From positions 1-47,961 of the IMG/VR virus record IMGVR_UViG_3300036945_000667: a DNA stretch of 47,961 bases, one strand, 5' to 3'. Below the pieces are notes generated by a model. That model saw only the letters and a list, made by a program, of their open reading frames with translations. It was not told the origin of the DNA and ran no database searches. Origin of the DNA: a virus. Its lineage: Duplodnaviria > Caudoviricetes. The position numbers were made by a program, and so were the translations under genes. Positions 21,101 to 28,613 of the stretch are shown here, piece by piece (within the stretch, counting starts at the first letter, position 1; the number at the start of each line of letters is the position of its first letter).

Positions 21101-22379
21101 CTAGTGCCTTGGCAAAGTCAATTACAGTTCCCTTTACGTCTCCAGCATTGTTTGAAACAATCTCACGGATATTGACACCATAAATCTTAAGCATGTCAGC
21201 AGCTTTTTGACTTGGATTAATTAGGGATGCAAGACCAGACTTAAGTGCGTTAGCACCTTCTGATGCATTAATTCCACCTTCCTTCATGGCTGTTAGGAAG
21301 AAGGCTAGGTCTTGTACGTTACCGCCAAGCTGTTGGACCACTGGCCCTGCTTTAGGAATTGCTTCTGTCAAGTCTTCAATAGATGTTACAGTTTGGTTTT
21401 CAACTGCGTTTAGGAAGTCAATCTTGCCAGCAAGTTGTGAAGTGGCAACACCAAAAGTATTTGTAAGAGATATAGATGTTTCTAGAGCCAATTGCTGATC
21501 TACGTTACCAAGAACAGATAGACGAGTTGCTTCAGTTACTTGAGCAGTGAGGTCTGCACCCTTCTTACCCATAGCAGCTGCTGAGGCAGCCAAAGTCATT
21601 GTGTCTTTAACAGCAATACCGTATTTGGTAAACTCTTCACCAAGTGTCTTTACCTGCTCAATCATTGAGTCTGTTTCTGATGTTGGGGTCATCAGGTCAC
21701 CGTAGACACGCTTGAACTTAATTGTTGCTTGCTCTAGCTCCATAAAAGCTTGTGCAGCGGTAGATCCAAAAATAGATAGTGGAATGGTAAAACCAACCAT
21801 AAGCTGACGACCAGCCCACTGGGTATTCTTACCAAAGTTTAGAAGGTTTGTAGAACCTTGCTTAAGTAGTTGATTAAAGATCTGTTGCTTTTGTGCATTG
21901 ATTGCTTGCTGGGTAGCAAGGTTGTTCAGATCAAGTGTTAGTGGTCTTACTGCTATTGAGTTTAAAGATCCAGAAGCATCTCTTCCAAGAGAGATGTATT
22001 GTGTTTGAAGAGTTTTTACTCTTTCACGAGCAGTCTTTTCAATTGTGTTAAACTCATTGATAAAGTTTTTACCAAAAGTCTTTGAGCCAGATGCTGTATA
22101 ACGAAAGTACTCTCCAAGAGAGAGCTTATTCTTTTCTAGTGCAGAGGTGAAAGATTCTGTACTAGACTTGATAGACTGCATCCTGGCAGCGAATTTGCCA
22201 GTTGCATTGATGTCCCCAATTAGAGAACGTTGTAGATCTTGTGCTGATGCTGCGTTAGCTGCCGAGCTAGCTTGCATCTGCCTTTGAAAGGCTGATATCT
22301 GTCTCTGGAGATTCTTGAGTGACTCCAGAGCACTGGAGGTATCAAGATTGACCCTTATATTAGATTGGATATCAGCCAT
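15114..22379 (-). CDS. Tape measure protein (2421 aa, TP901-like core)
   Basis: Long Ala-rich helical protein after the chaperones; AMKEGGINASEGANALKSGLASL core motif, hydrophobic segments, coiled coil, C-terminal GTDTVPAMLTPGEFV. Confidence 0.95.
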   Translation of the reverse strand: MADIQSNIRVNLDTSSALESLKNLQRQISAFQRQMQASSAANAASAQDLQRSLIGDINATGKFAARMQSIKSSTESFTSALEKNKLSLGEYFRYTASGSKTFGKNFINEFNTIEKTARERVKTLQTQYISLGRDASGSLNSIAVRPLTLDLNNLATQQAINAQKQQIFNQLLKQGSTNLLNFGKNTQWAGRQLMVGFTIPLSIFGSTAAQAFMELEQATIKFKRVYGDLMTPTSETDSMIEQVKTLGEEFTKYGIAVKDTMTLAASAAAMGKKGADLTAQVTEATRLSVLGNVDQQLALETSISLTNTFGVATSQLAGKIDFLNAVENQTVTSIEDLTEAIPKAGPVVQQLGGNVQDLAFFLTAMKEGGINASEGANALKSGLASLINPSQKAADMLKIYGVNIREIVSNNAGDVKGTVIDFAKALDTLDPLTRARAIEQLFGKFQFSRISTLFQNVVAEGSQASKVLELMGATTSELAALSDKELKTVEESITYKFKAAIEEFKAQLAPVGAEFMKLVTPLIEFGSKVLETFNNMGDHAKGFIIGTIAVLGGLAPVALMTFGLVANGVANLVKGFQFLRNIFLGVSNSEQVLGEQTSYLTQEQLKASAVAASLEQTHSRLPQIFTAEASAVDLLAAAYQRADVASQRFAGRPIGTSIGKSPAVQKFANGGFVSGEGTGTSDSIAAMVSNGEAIIPADKAKKYAPLISGIIAGKIPGFARGTVSVGGSAYETRSTRSDAPIKSFIDRLLSFGNKVEDITAMLDGIAESGKKLTKANVEAAAKQSKMTTSDPNRLQKGHIQDTIAINPDKSRILGSLTRDMLPSQNSKLKTGQATADFEKQWFSVVDGLVGTVKSGGLKITDGVRQTVNEIDAEIGREAIRLAEAADGFVNDTIVAQAATNVRNQNRGAGGNRGDVVAAMDRQAGARVWAPATAETLGGNWTEDVRNKLKTGIASWREGTEEIRMVIDGESKTIARVSSDIVKRLEAAKTEVERLEILTGKGSTFRPADRIPLDQRTYTSQNATGTMGNLDAVVGGAMNARSDAASPAKKTIKAAENLVDGVVVAVQQGRDEVQQAMESTVTQAATGAGRARRGRASSQGQVSVGTGPMTFTRDNKSGNVFSSEKMAQVEAGRAAAIGRASGMVVSSLSGVAQKAMMVSGAVGSIAMGLEMSGVKLGAFGDALFTITNSVFAFSSVLELLTKGQMLQTAIGGGMTAARGVKAAGGFAADAAGAIPTKIMGQGGKLANIFGNLGKVITGVLPVLTGVGSKLLAFIPVIGWAVTAFAVFQVVAGIMEQQRKKIEGLGDAAYLTSEKMKQAGDLLGFTATGADFSGAFAGTTAGSTSTQQTKITELRANEDFKSSDKGFGDQIGAIKNATAQQAELSLNSMAIQLSASGAPKEAVDTLIKAIAAEAGRTDLDLSFTSNIDLTTNGGQAQITKLAQEAANTYGDVFAKEYNSNYTSYGQNDALKQSAEQASGVYSTLFSSLKTGFESGAMSAEQFNYQMDNISGNLDSMDPQALAMIVPTIAKNMGLDEQLKGVTDFKDQLIFIKAAASGVDPSKMTKMRDAIITGQKEGATPKEQQAANDARAQLNDLIDKTVVAKEAETKATQANADIEAAMVSADEKITSLRNQIDAYKTLTDQGFSASEAQALAGDAMWATAIAAANAQDAIAGTDENLQAVLTKMRELKKLQGTADKLGVTGGGGGGTPEKTPLQKAMEQLKDQRKEIAQSNTAYAKLTKAGISAGLAFATAQDKILAAAVASTKVGTKQWKELTAQIKAASAAAKANALLDFARNNNTASGLTESFAKIAPMLSKLGLTVDDMQTILGDKDLAQAFIDDMKDGVINSKRVADAINSIPNQKRVEILLNMSTPEGMETEFNKIYDQAMAKIDAEERRVEASYREKEKSAQSAVDTAQASVDSIQKNIDGIQSKIDDKQKDIELTIDRPIEALNKQVEALERSIELNYNRPIANLQEESSALAHDLDLISKKESDINDKYDEQKKNLEKVAEINKDILDADQSRLSIAQALSSGSASAAAKAMQQAQQEESAKAAERAAAAIDAARANELANIRSESGMTKAQIEQRQFEIGQKIYALELKKKKVDGEIQVIQDKIFKIESDRQKKLDDIRILEDQIYKIQTDQLKPAQDNLDKANSVLKTVQDQKQAELDAKAAQRAKWDDLKLAIDEAKTKAFNLEEQYKSALAKVKEIEAAWKAVGTATVASMSGTNTDKPVSTVTTTKPTTTPTTKPTTTTTTKPTTTGPKPGVPYVTQRYIGSKLETVQVTPAGYVGSTFQKEIVKRLVPGTGVYNGSTFVPAQYKAKGGMIMSNYMASGGMARGTDTVPAMLTPGEFVMKRSAVANFGVDGMKAINSGTYNGESVYNYSINVNVATDANPDKIAREVMTQIKRIDSQRIRGNNFNG
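15585..15690 (-). repeat. Thr/Pro/Lys low-complexity repeat in the tape measure
   Basis: KPVSTVTTTKPTTTPTTKPTTTTTTKPTTTGPKPG. Confidence 0.85.
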
Positions 22380-22404
22380 TCATCAGCATCCCTATGAGGT
22401 GGCG

Positions 22405-22722
22405 TTATGCAACGCTACCGATTGGACCATCACCCAGCTTTATTCCAGATGCCTCTTCGACTATCTGGTAAACTGTTGGAAGGTCAAGACTATCCTCAAG
22501 CTTGGAGAGGTCTTCTGCAAGCTCAGGCTTATACTGCTTCATAGCAATCTGGACACACTTCATAAGAACGTCCATAGACTTATCATTGTCTGCCGCTACA
22601 TCTGCAATTGCCGCAAATTCCGCAAGGAAAGAGCGAAGTAGTGAAATCTTTAGTGGTCGTACTGAAATTGTGGTTCCGTCAACAAGTGTAAGTGTTTTTG
22701 CTTCGTTGATTGTGGTTGTCAT
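22405..22722 (-). CDS. Tail assembly chaperone, short form (start revised to ATG 22722)
   Basis: Immediately before the tape measure; SD AGGAGA; paralogous to the N-half of 22782-23465. Confidence 0.75.
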   Translation of the reverse strand: MTTTINEAKTLTLVDGTTISVRPLKISLLRSFLAEFAAIADVAADNDKSMDVLMKCVQIAMKQYKPELAEDLSKLEDSLDLPTVYQIVEEASGIKLGDGPIGSVA

Positions 22723-22755
22723 TGTTCTCCTTCTGATGAACGATTTGTTCAATCA

Positions 22756-22764
22756 ATTATAACA
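22756..22764 (-). promoter_or_regulatory. Extended -10 motif TGTTATAAT
   Basis: In the gap between the two chaperone genes. Confidence 0.6.
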
Positions 22765-22781
22765 TAATCAATGTTATTCTG

Positions 22782-23465
22782 TTAGTCAATTCTTTCGTAG
22801 TCAAGACCCATGCCAATTCCAAATCCATTCTTAGCTGCATTCTGTCCTTGCAGAGCCAAAACGTCATTAGAATTGCTAGCTTGTCCACGACTGAATACTC
22901 TAGCCTTCATTGCTTCCCATGGGTCTTCTTCTTTTCTTCCAGATTGTTCATCTAGATCTACCCCTTGGATTGCGGCTAGAAACTTTTTTTCACTATACTC
23001 TGCTTCTCTTTTTGAATTCAGAGTTGCTGTTAGCTCTGGCATTGACATTGATGTCTCAAGCTCTTCATAGTCTTTCCAGATGCCAAGCAAGAATACCTCA
23101 GACTCTAAGGCTGCCAGGTCAGTCTTTTCCCAGGTTGGCCCTTCATCCTTGTTGTCTTTTGACTCTTCTTCTTTTGGAGCTTCCAGGTCTATGCCTGCTG
23201 AAAACTTTAGGATTGCATACATTGTCTTTACATCAATGTTATCTTCTACGTCATCTATTGTTTTTATTGATGGATAGTATTGCTTCATGGCTACCCTGCA
23301 GCAATCTAGCAGTATGCTCATCCTAGCATCCTCTGTTTCTGCATCTTTGATTGTATCAAATAGATCCATAAACTGTCTAAGGTACTTTATCTTAAGTGGA
23401 GTAGCGTAGATCTCTGTACCATCTATGAGTGTGATTGTTCCAGATTTATATATTGTTGTGGCCAT
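22782..23465 (-). CDS. Tail assembly chaperone, long form
   Basis: Directly after the major tail gene; chaperone-like N-half, acidic linker, about 115-aa C-terminal extension. Confidence 0.72.
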   Translation of the reverse strand: MATTIYKSGTITLIDGTEIYATPLKIKYLRQFMDLFDTIKDAETEDARMSILLDCCRVAMKQYYPSIKTIDDVEDNIDVKTMYAILKFSAGIDLEAPKEEESKDNKDEGPTWEKTDLAALESEVFLLGIWKDYEELETSMSMPELTATLNSKREAEYSEKKFLAAIQGVDLDEQSGRKEEDPWEAMKARVFSRGQASNSNDVLALQGQNAAKNGFGIGMGLDYERID

Positions 23466-23471
23466 ACTACA

Positions 23472-23480
23472 AGTATACCA
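23472..23480 (-). promoter_or_regulatory. Extended -10 motif TGGTATACT, leaderless position
   Basis: 6 nt before ATG 23465, no SD, directly after a terminator. Confidence 0.7.
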
Positions 23481-23518
23481 AAAATAAAACTGCCCCAGCC
23501 GTAAAAGCCAGGGCAGTT
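23480..23518 (-). terminator. Intrinsic terminator after the major tail gene
   Basis: AACTGCCC...GGGCAGTT stem followed by TTATTTTT on the minus strand. Confidence 0.8.
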
Positions 23519-23540
23519 CCTATTAAGTTATAAACAGCTA

Positions 23541-24233
23541 TTAGCTAGCTGCTGGAATGATGCGGTCTACGATCTTACCGTATGAACCCTCATCGTTTGG
23601 TAGCAAGCGGAAGCTTACCTCAAACATTGTTGCTTCGTCACGCTTAGCTGAAACAGTAACGCTTTCAATTGAAAGTGCACGGAATGCAGTATAGATACGC
23701 TCAATTGACGAACCAGCTGCACAGTCACCTGTACCTGGACCAACTGCGACTAGACCACGCTCAACTGGACATTCACCAATCTGACCTGCAGATAGGTTTA
23801 GTTCCTGTGAGCCAGCACCAACGCCTGCTGCGACTAGGTCGCTTAGGTCGCTAGATGGAGCTGCGATTGAGAACAATAGATTCTCTAGTGTTGCTTCAGC
23901 AAAAGCTGTATTCAGGTTAACCTGCATACCTTGCTTGTAAAGCTTTGCAACGTCAAGAATCTGGTCAACTTGTACTTCACCAAAGTCAGGCTGGAACTGT
24001 AGCTCCAGTCCGTTCATTGTATAACCAACGTTACGGAACCCATCAGTGCTCAACCAGCCGTTGCTGGCGTTTGCACCGTCCTGTAGTGACTCACGGAATG
24101 ACTTTCCTGCTTCGTAAGCAGGTAGGTCAGCAACTGTAAGGTCACCACCAAGGCCGTCTGGTCCTTCGTAGGTAAATAGTGATGCGGCACCAACGATAAT
24201 GTTGGTAGCAGAACCTCTGTGTGTATATGCCAT
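23541..24233 (-). CDS. Major tail (tube) protein (start revised to ATG 24233)
   Basis: NIIVGAASLF, VGYTMNGLELQF, VQVDQ, AEATLENL, FEVSFRLL: siphovirus tube pattern; SD GAGGTG; followed by a terminator. Confidence 0.88.
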   Translation of the reverse strand: MAYTHRGSATNIIVGAASLFTYEGPDGLGGDLTVADLPAYEAGKSFRESLQDGANASNGWLSTDGFRNVGYTMNGLELQFQPDFGEVQVDQILDVAKLYKQGMQVNLNTAFAEATLENLLFSIAAPSSDLSDLVAAGVGAGSQELNLSAGQIGECPVERGLVAVGPGTGDCAAGSSIERIYTAFRALSIESVTVSAKRDEATMFEVSFRLLPNDEGSYGKIVDRIIPAAS

Positions 24234-24290
24234 ATTTTTCACCTCTTCTTCATATGGATTTTATAAAAAAGGCGTGTTTCCTCAAGACTA

Positions 24291-24299
24291 AGTATACCA
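24291..24299 (-). promoter_or_regulatory. Extended -10 motif TGGTATACT for the major tail gene
   Basis: Intergenic; identical to the motifs at 23472 and 32071. Confidence 0.7.
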
Positions 24300-24312
24300 G
24301 CCTTTTATAGTA

Positions 24313-24846
24313 TTATTCCCCAGGGATAAGCTCAGGCATCTGGTGATACTCATAATCAATGATTATCTTGTTTCCCCCATAAGTCCTGGCTGTGCCAAAG
24401 TCAATAATGTCTCTTGTTTCCTCTAGCTGATAAATCTTTATTTTATGAAAAAAGAACTTATTAGTAAGTGACTCATTTTCAACGTCAATCTGTGGGTTCA
24501 GTCTAGCCCAATCATTGAGCTCCTGTGCAGACTCATCTTCACGGTCCATTAGTCTTAGAACCGCTTCCTGTATTTTAACCATATTGATAATGTTGTTGTC
24601 TGCTGTTGCGTAGAAGTAGTATAGGGCTTGTTCATTTTTGATGTGTGGGAATGGAGATCTACGCATCTTTATAAGTCTATCCCATGTAGCCATTACTCCA
24701 CCCTCTGGGAATGACCCTGTCAGGTCGTTTAGTGTTGATGGTGATGATGGGAAGAATGGGACTTCAATGTCGGTTAGCTCTGGGATCTTTTCCTGAAGGT
24801 ATTTATTGATCCATAGTATTGGTGTATTTAGTAATGACTCTGCCAT
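24313..24846 (-). CDS. Putative tail terminator/neck protein
   Basis: Last neck gene before the major tail gene; called by synteny. Confidence 0.55.
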   Translation of the reverse strand: MAESLLNTPILWINKYLQEKIPELTDIEVPFFPSSPSTLNDLTGSFPEGGVMATWDRLIKMRRSPFPHIKNEQALYYFYATADNNIINMVKIQEAVLRLMDREDESAQELNDWARLNPQIDVENESLTNKFFFHKIKIYQLEETRDIIDFGTARTYGGNKIIIDYEYHQMPELIPGE

Positions 24847-25523
24847 TATGCCGCCTCAATCTTTGCATTAGTTATCCACTTAAATCCAGCAGTTACTCCC
24901 AAAGACCTTCCACCACTTCTTAGCGATGCCCCCTTTGAGAATATAGAAGGATTTTCTAGATATTTAGCCAACCCACTAGACTGTAGGAATGACTGTGTAA
25001 AGTAGTTATCAAAGAACGACTTGAATGTTTTTTCAAATCCTCCCTGGGCATCAACGCCGCCTGGGCTTTGAATTGTAACTGGGTTTCTTGTAAAAACTTG
25101 TTCGCCTCCGTCTGTAAAGGCAAGAACGTTTGAGTTCTTTGGTCTTATGGTTACAGGTATTCCGTATTCCATTATTCTTGCTTTATCATAAAATGGTACC
25201 TTGGAGCCAGACTTAACTGATGACGATTGTCTAAATGTTGAATTGATAGATAGCCCTTGTCCAGTAACTGAGTACTGTATGTCAAATAGTCTTGCGTCTG
25301 GACTTCCAGACTTCTCCCACTCGTACATGTGATGAAGGATGGCTGGATCTACTCTAGCGTTTGAGTCAATATAGCTACCCAAAACATTTGACATACTGGA
25401 ACCAAGGTTTGCCAAAAACGTATTTTTACCTCTTTGAGCTCCTTCTAGAAAGCCAACAGAGTATTCAACTAGATTTGACATCTCTTTTATAAATTGAGCA
25501 GAATCAACCTTAACACTAAACAT
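24846..25523 (-). CDS. Putative neck/tail-completion protein
   Basis: ARIMEYG...IRPKNSNVLAF motif typical of HK97 gp10-like proteins; synteny. Confidence 0.6.
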   Translation of the reverse strand: MFSVKVDSAQFIKEMSNLVEYSVGFLEGAQRGKNTFLANLGSSMSNVLGSYIDSNARVDPAILHHMYEWEKSGSPDARLFDIQYSVTGQGLSINSTFRQSSSVKSGSKVPFYDKARIMEYGIPVTIRPKNSNVLAFTDGGEQVFTRNPVTIQSPGGVDAQGGFEKTFKSFFDNYFTQSFLQSSGLAKYLENPSIFSKGASLRSGGRSLGVTAGFKWITNAKIEAA

Positions 25524-25965
25524 CTGATGCCTGGTTCTCTGATCTTCTTAGTACTATGTTGTAATACTCTATACCGCCAAATGGATTCATGAAAGGCTCA
25601 ACTGTGGCTATTTCAAAGATAGTTGACTTGCCAGAGCGAACTCCAGAGGTCTCTTTGTATAGGTGCTGGCCAGTCTTAGTACGAATATTGGTAACTACGA
25701 TATTGGTAATTGAGGCAGACTCATCTAGGCTAGAGAATCTTGGATCGCTCTTTGATCTTCCAGAAAGGACACCAGTCTGGGTAATGTTTACGTTTGGGGT
25801 GACTTCTTCTTTTGATGCTGATCCTGCAACTGTGAAGTTTCCAATGATAGTTCTGTCAAGCATCCAATACTTTTTAACGTTTCCGTAAGCACCCTGCTCT
25901 ACCGTTGGGTAGTAGATGTCTGCTTGCATTGGGTAGACGAAGGTTGGAACCTCGCAGATAGTCAT
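25516..25965 (-). CDS. Putative head-closure (stopper) protein
   Basis: 149-aa beta-rich protein after the adaptor; ends YYNIVLRRS. Confidence 0.6.
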   Translation of the reverse strand: MTICEVPTFVYPMQADIYYPTVEQGAYGNVKKYWMLDRTIIGNFTVAGSASKEEVTPNVNITQTGVLSGRSKSDPRFSSLDESASITNIVVTNIRTKTGQHLYKETSGVRSGKSTIFEIATVEPFMNPFGGIEYYNIVLRRSENQASDV

Positions 25966-26891
25966 TATAGAACTCCAATTTTAAGAATAGACTTAGTATA
26001 CTTTTCAAGCATCCTGTCTACAATGAAGTTTCCTGTTCCACTAGCTATTCTCTTTTCATCAAATGAAATCTTAAACTGATCAGTATCGTAGCTCTTGACA
26101 TACTGCTTGTAGTAATCTAGGTTGCCACACTTCAAGTCATTAATTAGCATTGTTGTTGCACTGGTAACATCAGATGGGACTGCACGGAATCCTTCGTCAA
26201 GAATGAACATGTAGTCGTAGCTCTTGTGGAATACTCCACCATCTCTTGTGTATTCAAACATAGCGTCGCTTCTTGAGATTGGCAATGTCATTCTTGGATC
26301 TGTTGCTGAAAGTCTGTTGTAGTACTCATTAGATGTTTTCTGAATTGCTGAGTTATCTAGTGCTACCGAAAAGTTATACATGTTAGTTGCAGGGTCTTCT
26401 GCAGATAGGTCATAGATAAGAACGTTGTTCTCATATACCTTTAGAACACGGTTTGCATCTCTCCAAATAGGCATATAGTCTAAGCCATTGCCCTGAGAAA
26501 TTACTACTGACTTGTGGTTGTAAAAACCGTTGTTAGTGTATGTGTCAATGATTGATCTAGCAATCAGCTCATACATCTTAAATTCTTTAATTTCTGATGG
26601 AGTTGTTCCCAGGTCTGCTGGGTTTACGTATGGACGAATTATTGTGAGGTTCTCTTCGTAAATGATGTGTTCGTGTTCTGCATCATAAAAGCGAATAAGA
26701 AAGTCACGGTCAAATTCTATACTTGATAGAGGAAGCTCATATACAAGAGTTCCATTCTCATCAGAAGATATTGTAATTTCTTCAACTGAGTGGTCCACCA
26801 GATCCTCAACATAGACTATGTATGCATAGTTTGCATCTGGCAAATTCCATGTTGTTGTTAGTGGATATGGTGGAACCCTCAATATTTCCAT
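25965..26891 (-). CDS. Putative head-tail adaptor with N-terminal extension
   Basis: ARSIIDTYT...GFRAVPSDVTSAT...KSYDTDQFKISF...IVDRMLEKY is an adaptor-like pattern. Confidence 0.65.
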   Translation of the reverse strand: MEILRVPPYPLTTTWNLPDANYAYIVYVEDLVDHSVEEITISSDENGTLVYELPLSSIEFDRDFLIRFYDAEHEHIIYEENLTIIRPYVNPADLGTTPSEIKEFKMYELIARSIIDTYTNNGFYNHKSVVISQGNGLDYMPIWRDANRVLKVYENNVLIYDLSAEDPATNMYNFSVALDNSAIQKTSNEYYNRLSATDPRMTLPISRSDAMFEYTRDGGVFHKSYDYMFILDEGFRAVPSDVTSATTMLINDLKCGNLDYYKQYVKSYDTDQFKISFDEKRIASGTGNFIVDRMLEKYTKSILKIGVL

Positions 26892-27355
26892 TACTTGTTG
26901 AACTCCTTGGCAACCTGCTCTGGTGTAAGAACAGTGATGTGGCTACGTGTAGTCCACTGCTCAGCAGCGGTCTTTGATACGATGTTAACTCCACGGCTAA
27001 CCTTGCCAACGCCCTGCCAAACAACATTCTTTGTTGAGTGTAGAGCTACTGTCTCTTCCTTGTCTTCTGCAGCAACCTTCTTAGGGGCAGCTTGCTTGAC
27101 TACAGGCTTAACAGTACCAGTGCCAATTGCACCATTCTCAACTGGAGTAAGTGCTGGCTTTCCAGCTGAAGGCTTACCCTTGCCTTGAACGTTTGTAATT
27201 ACTTCTTCTTCAGCAACAGGCTTGTCTTCAACAACTGCTTCTTCAACAACTGGAGCAACCTCTACTAGATTATCTTCAACCACTTCTTCAACTACTGGCG
27301 ATGATACGTTTTCAGACTCTACTAGAGTCTCTTCATTTTTGTTTTCTACGGACAT
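26891..27355 (-). CDS. Hypothetical head-associated protein with acidic low-complexity N-terminus
   Basis: E/V-rich N-half and small C-terminal domain; SD AGGAGG. Confidence 0.7.
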   Translation of the reverse strand: MSVENKNEETLVESENVSSPVVEEVVEDNLVEVAPVVEEAVVEDKPVAEEEVITNVQGKGKPSAGKPALTPVENGAIGTGTVKPVVKQAAPKKVAAEDKEETVALHSTKNVVWQGVGKVSRGVNIVSKTAAEQWTTRSHITVLTPEQVAKEFNK

Positions 27356-27374
27356 AAAATCCTCCTATCAATTA

Positions 27375-27383
27375 ATTATATCA
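27375..27383 (-). promoter_or_regulatory. Extended -10 motif TGATATAAT
   Basis: Directly after the capsid terminator. Confidence 0.65.
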
Positions 27384-27389
27384 GATATT

Positions 27390-27429
27390 AAAAAAGAGGG
27401 CAGGAGCTAAGTGGCCCCTGCCCCCTCTT
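27390..27429 (-). terminator. Intrinsic terminator after the major capsid gene
   Basis: AAGAGGGGGCAGGGG...CTCCTGCCCTCTTTTTT on the minus strand. Confidence 0.85.
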
Positions 27430-27448
27430 AAAAGGTACTGATTAGAGA

Positions 27449-28588
27449 TTAGCTCTCTGCACCAGCGTCAGCGAATGCAATGGCATCCTCTTCTTCCCAC
27501 TGAATACCGAAACGTACGAATACGGTGTACTCAATGGTGTCCTTCTTTGGCTTGTATTCACGGTTGACAGTGATGTCACGCTGGAATCCCCAAATACGGT
27601 TCTGAGGGAATGTAAGGTCTACATAACCTGCAGGGTAGTAAGGAACTTCCTGTACGTCAATGCCTAGAACACGAGTAGTACGTGCTCCACCGAATGTCTG
27701 ACCAACGCCGTCTAGATAGTTCTGACGGTTGGTTGGTGTTCCACCAGCCTGTGATGCAAATGCTTCTGCAACTGCATCAGCAAGAGTACCGTTGTTCTTA
27801 ACGATTCCCTGGAAAGCATCGGTTCCTGCGTAGAACTTTAGGTTCGACTTTAGGGCACGGTACTTACGTGGCATAGCAAGAATAATCTTCTGCATAGCGT
27901 CAGTAGTCCAGTTGTCATTAGCAACAGTTACGACAGCTTCGTGTGCGTCACCATTGGTTGTAGCCTTGTTAACAAAACCATTCATGATTCCAAGGAATGC
28001 ACCATCAGCATTGTCGCCAGTACCGTTGATTGCTAGATCCTCAATGTCATTTGCGAATGCATTTGTCATTAGACGAACTAGGTGATCCTCAAGAGCACCA
28101 CCTTCAATTCCGTCTTCAAGAGCTTCTGCAGAGACTTCCCAGTCAAGACGAATCTTCTTGGTTGTAAGCTCTACCTTTGTGAATGTCGCTCCTGCGTTGG
28201 TGTAGTCACCGTTAGCCTGTACAGCTGCACGGATAACACGCTCTCCAACATTAACCTTCTCAAGTTCCATAGTGTTGGCACGCATTGTTACACGACGACC
28301 GTCCTTAGCGAGAGTTGTTGCATCCCACACGTAGTCAATAAAACGACGTGCTTGCTCTGGGCGAAGGATACCACTACCTGCATCACCTGAAGGGTTGATA
28401 GCGTTTGGTCCAGTTACTGAACCGAATGAAGCTGTTGGGATGTTACCTAGGGCACCTGCGTTTCCGTAGTTACCTGGTACAGCGTTACCAGCTTCTGAAC
28501 CTGATGCGAATGCACCTTCTCCGTTAAATAGACCAGAGTCGTTGCCTGAAGCATCAGGGTTGTTCTTAATAATTTCTTGTTCCGACAT
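27449..28588 (-). CDS. Major capsid protein (HK97 fold)
   Basis: GILRPEQARRFID, VELTTKKIRLDWEVSAEALED, FANDIEDLAINGTG; SD AGGAGG; follows the protease and precedes a terminator. Confidence 0.93.
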   Translation of the reverse strand: MSEQEIIKNNPDASGNDSGLFNGEGAFASGSEAGNAVPGNYGNAGALGNIPTASFGSVTGPNAINPSGDAGSGILRPEQARRFIDYVWDATTLAKDGRRVTMRANTMELEKVNVGERVIRAAVQANGDYTNAGATFTKVELTTKKIRLDWEVSAEALEDGIEGGALEDHLVRLMTNAFANDIEDLAINGTGDNADGAFLGIMNGFVNKATTNGDAHEAVVTVANDNWTTDAMQKIILAMPRKYRALKSNLKFYAGTDAFQGIVKNNGTLADAVAEAFASQAGGTPTNRQNYLDGVGQTFGGARTTRVLGIDVQEVPYYPAGYVDLTFPQNRIWGFQRDITVNREYKPKKDTIEYTVFVRFGIQWEEEDAIAFADAGAES

Positions 28589-28613
28589 ATTGTCACCTCC
28601 TAGTGATGTTTAT

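Noticed and set aside
23125-23131. GGGAAAA slippery-like heptamer in the long chaperone gene
   Set aside because: It is read TGG GAA AAG (Trp-Glu-Lys), which is neither the G GGA AAA phase needed for -1 slippage nor its -1 product frame; probably chance.
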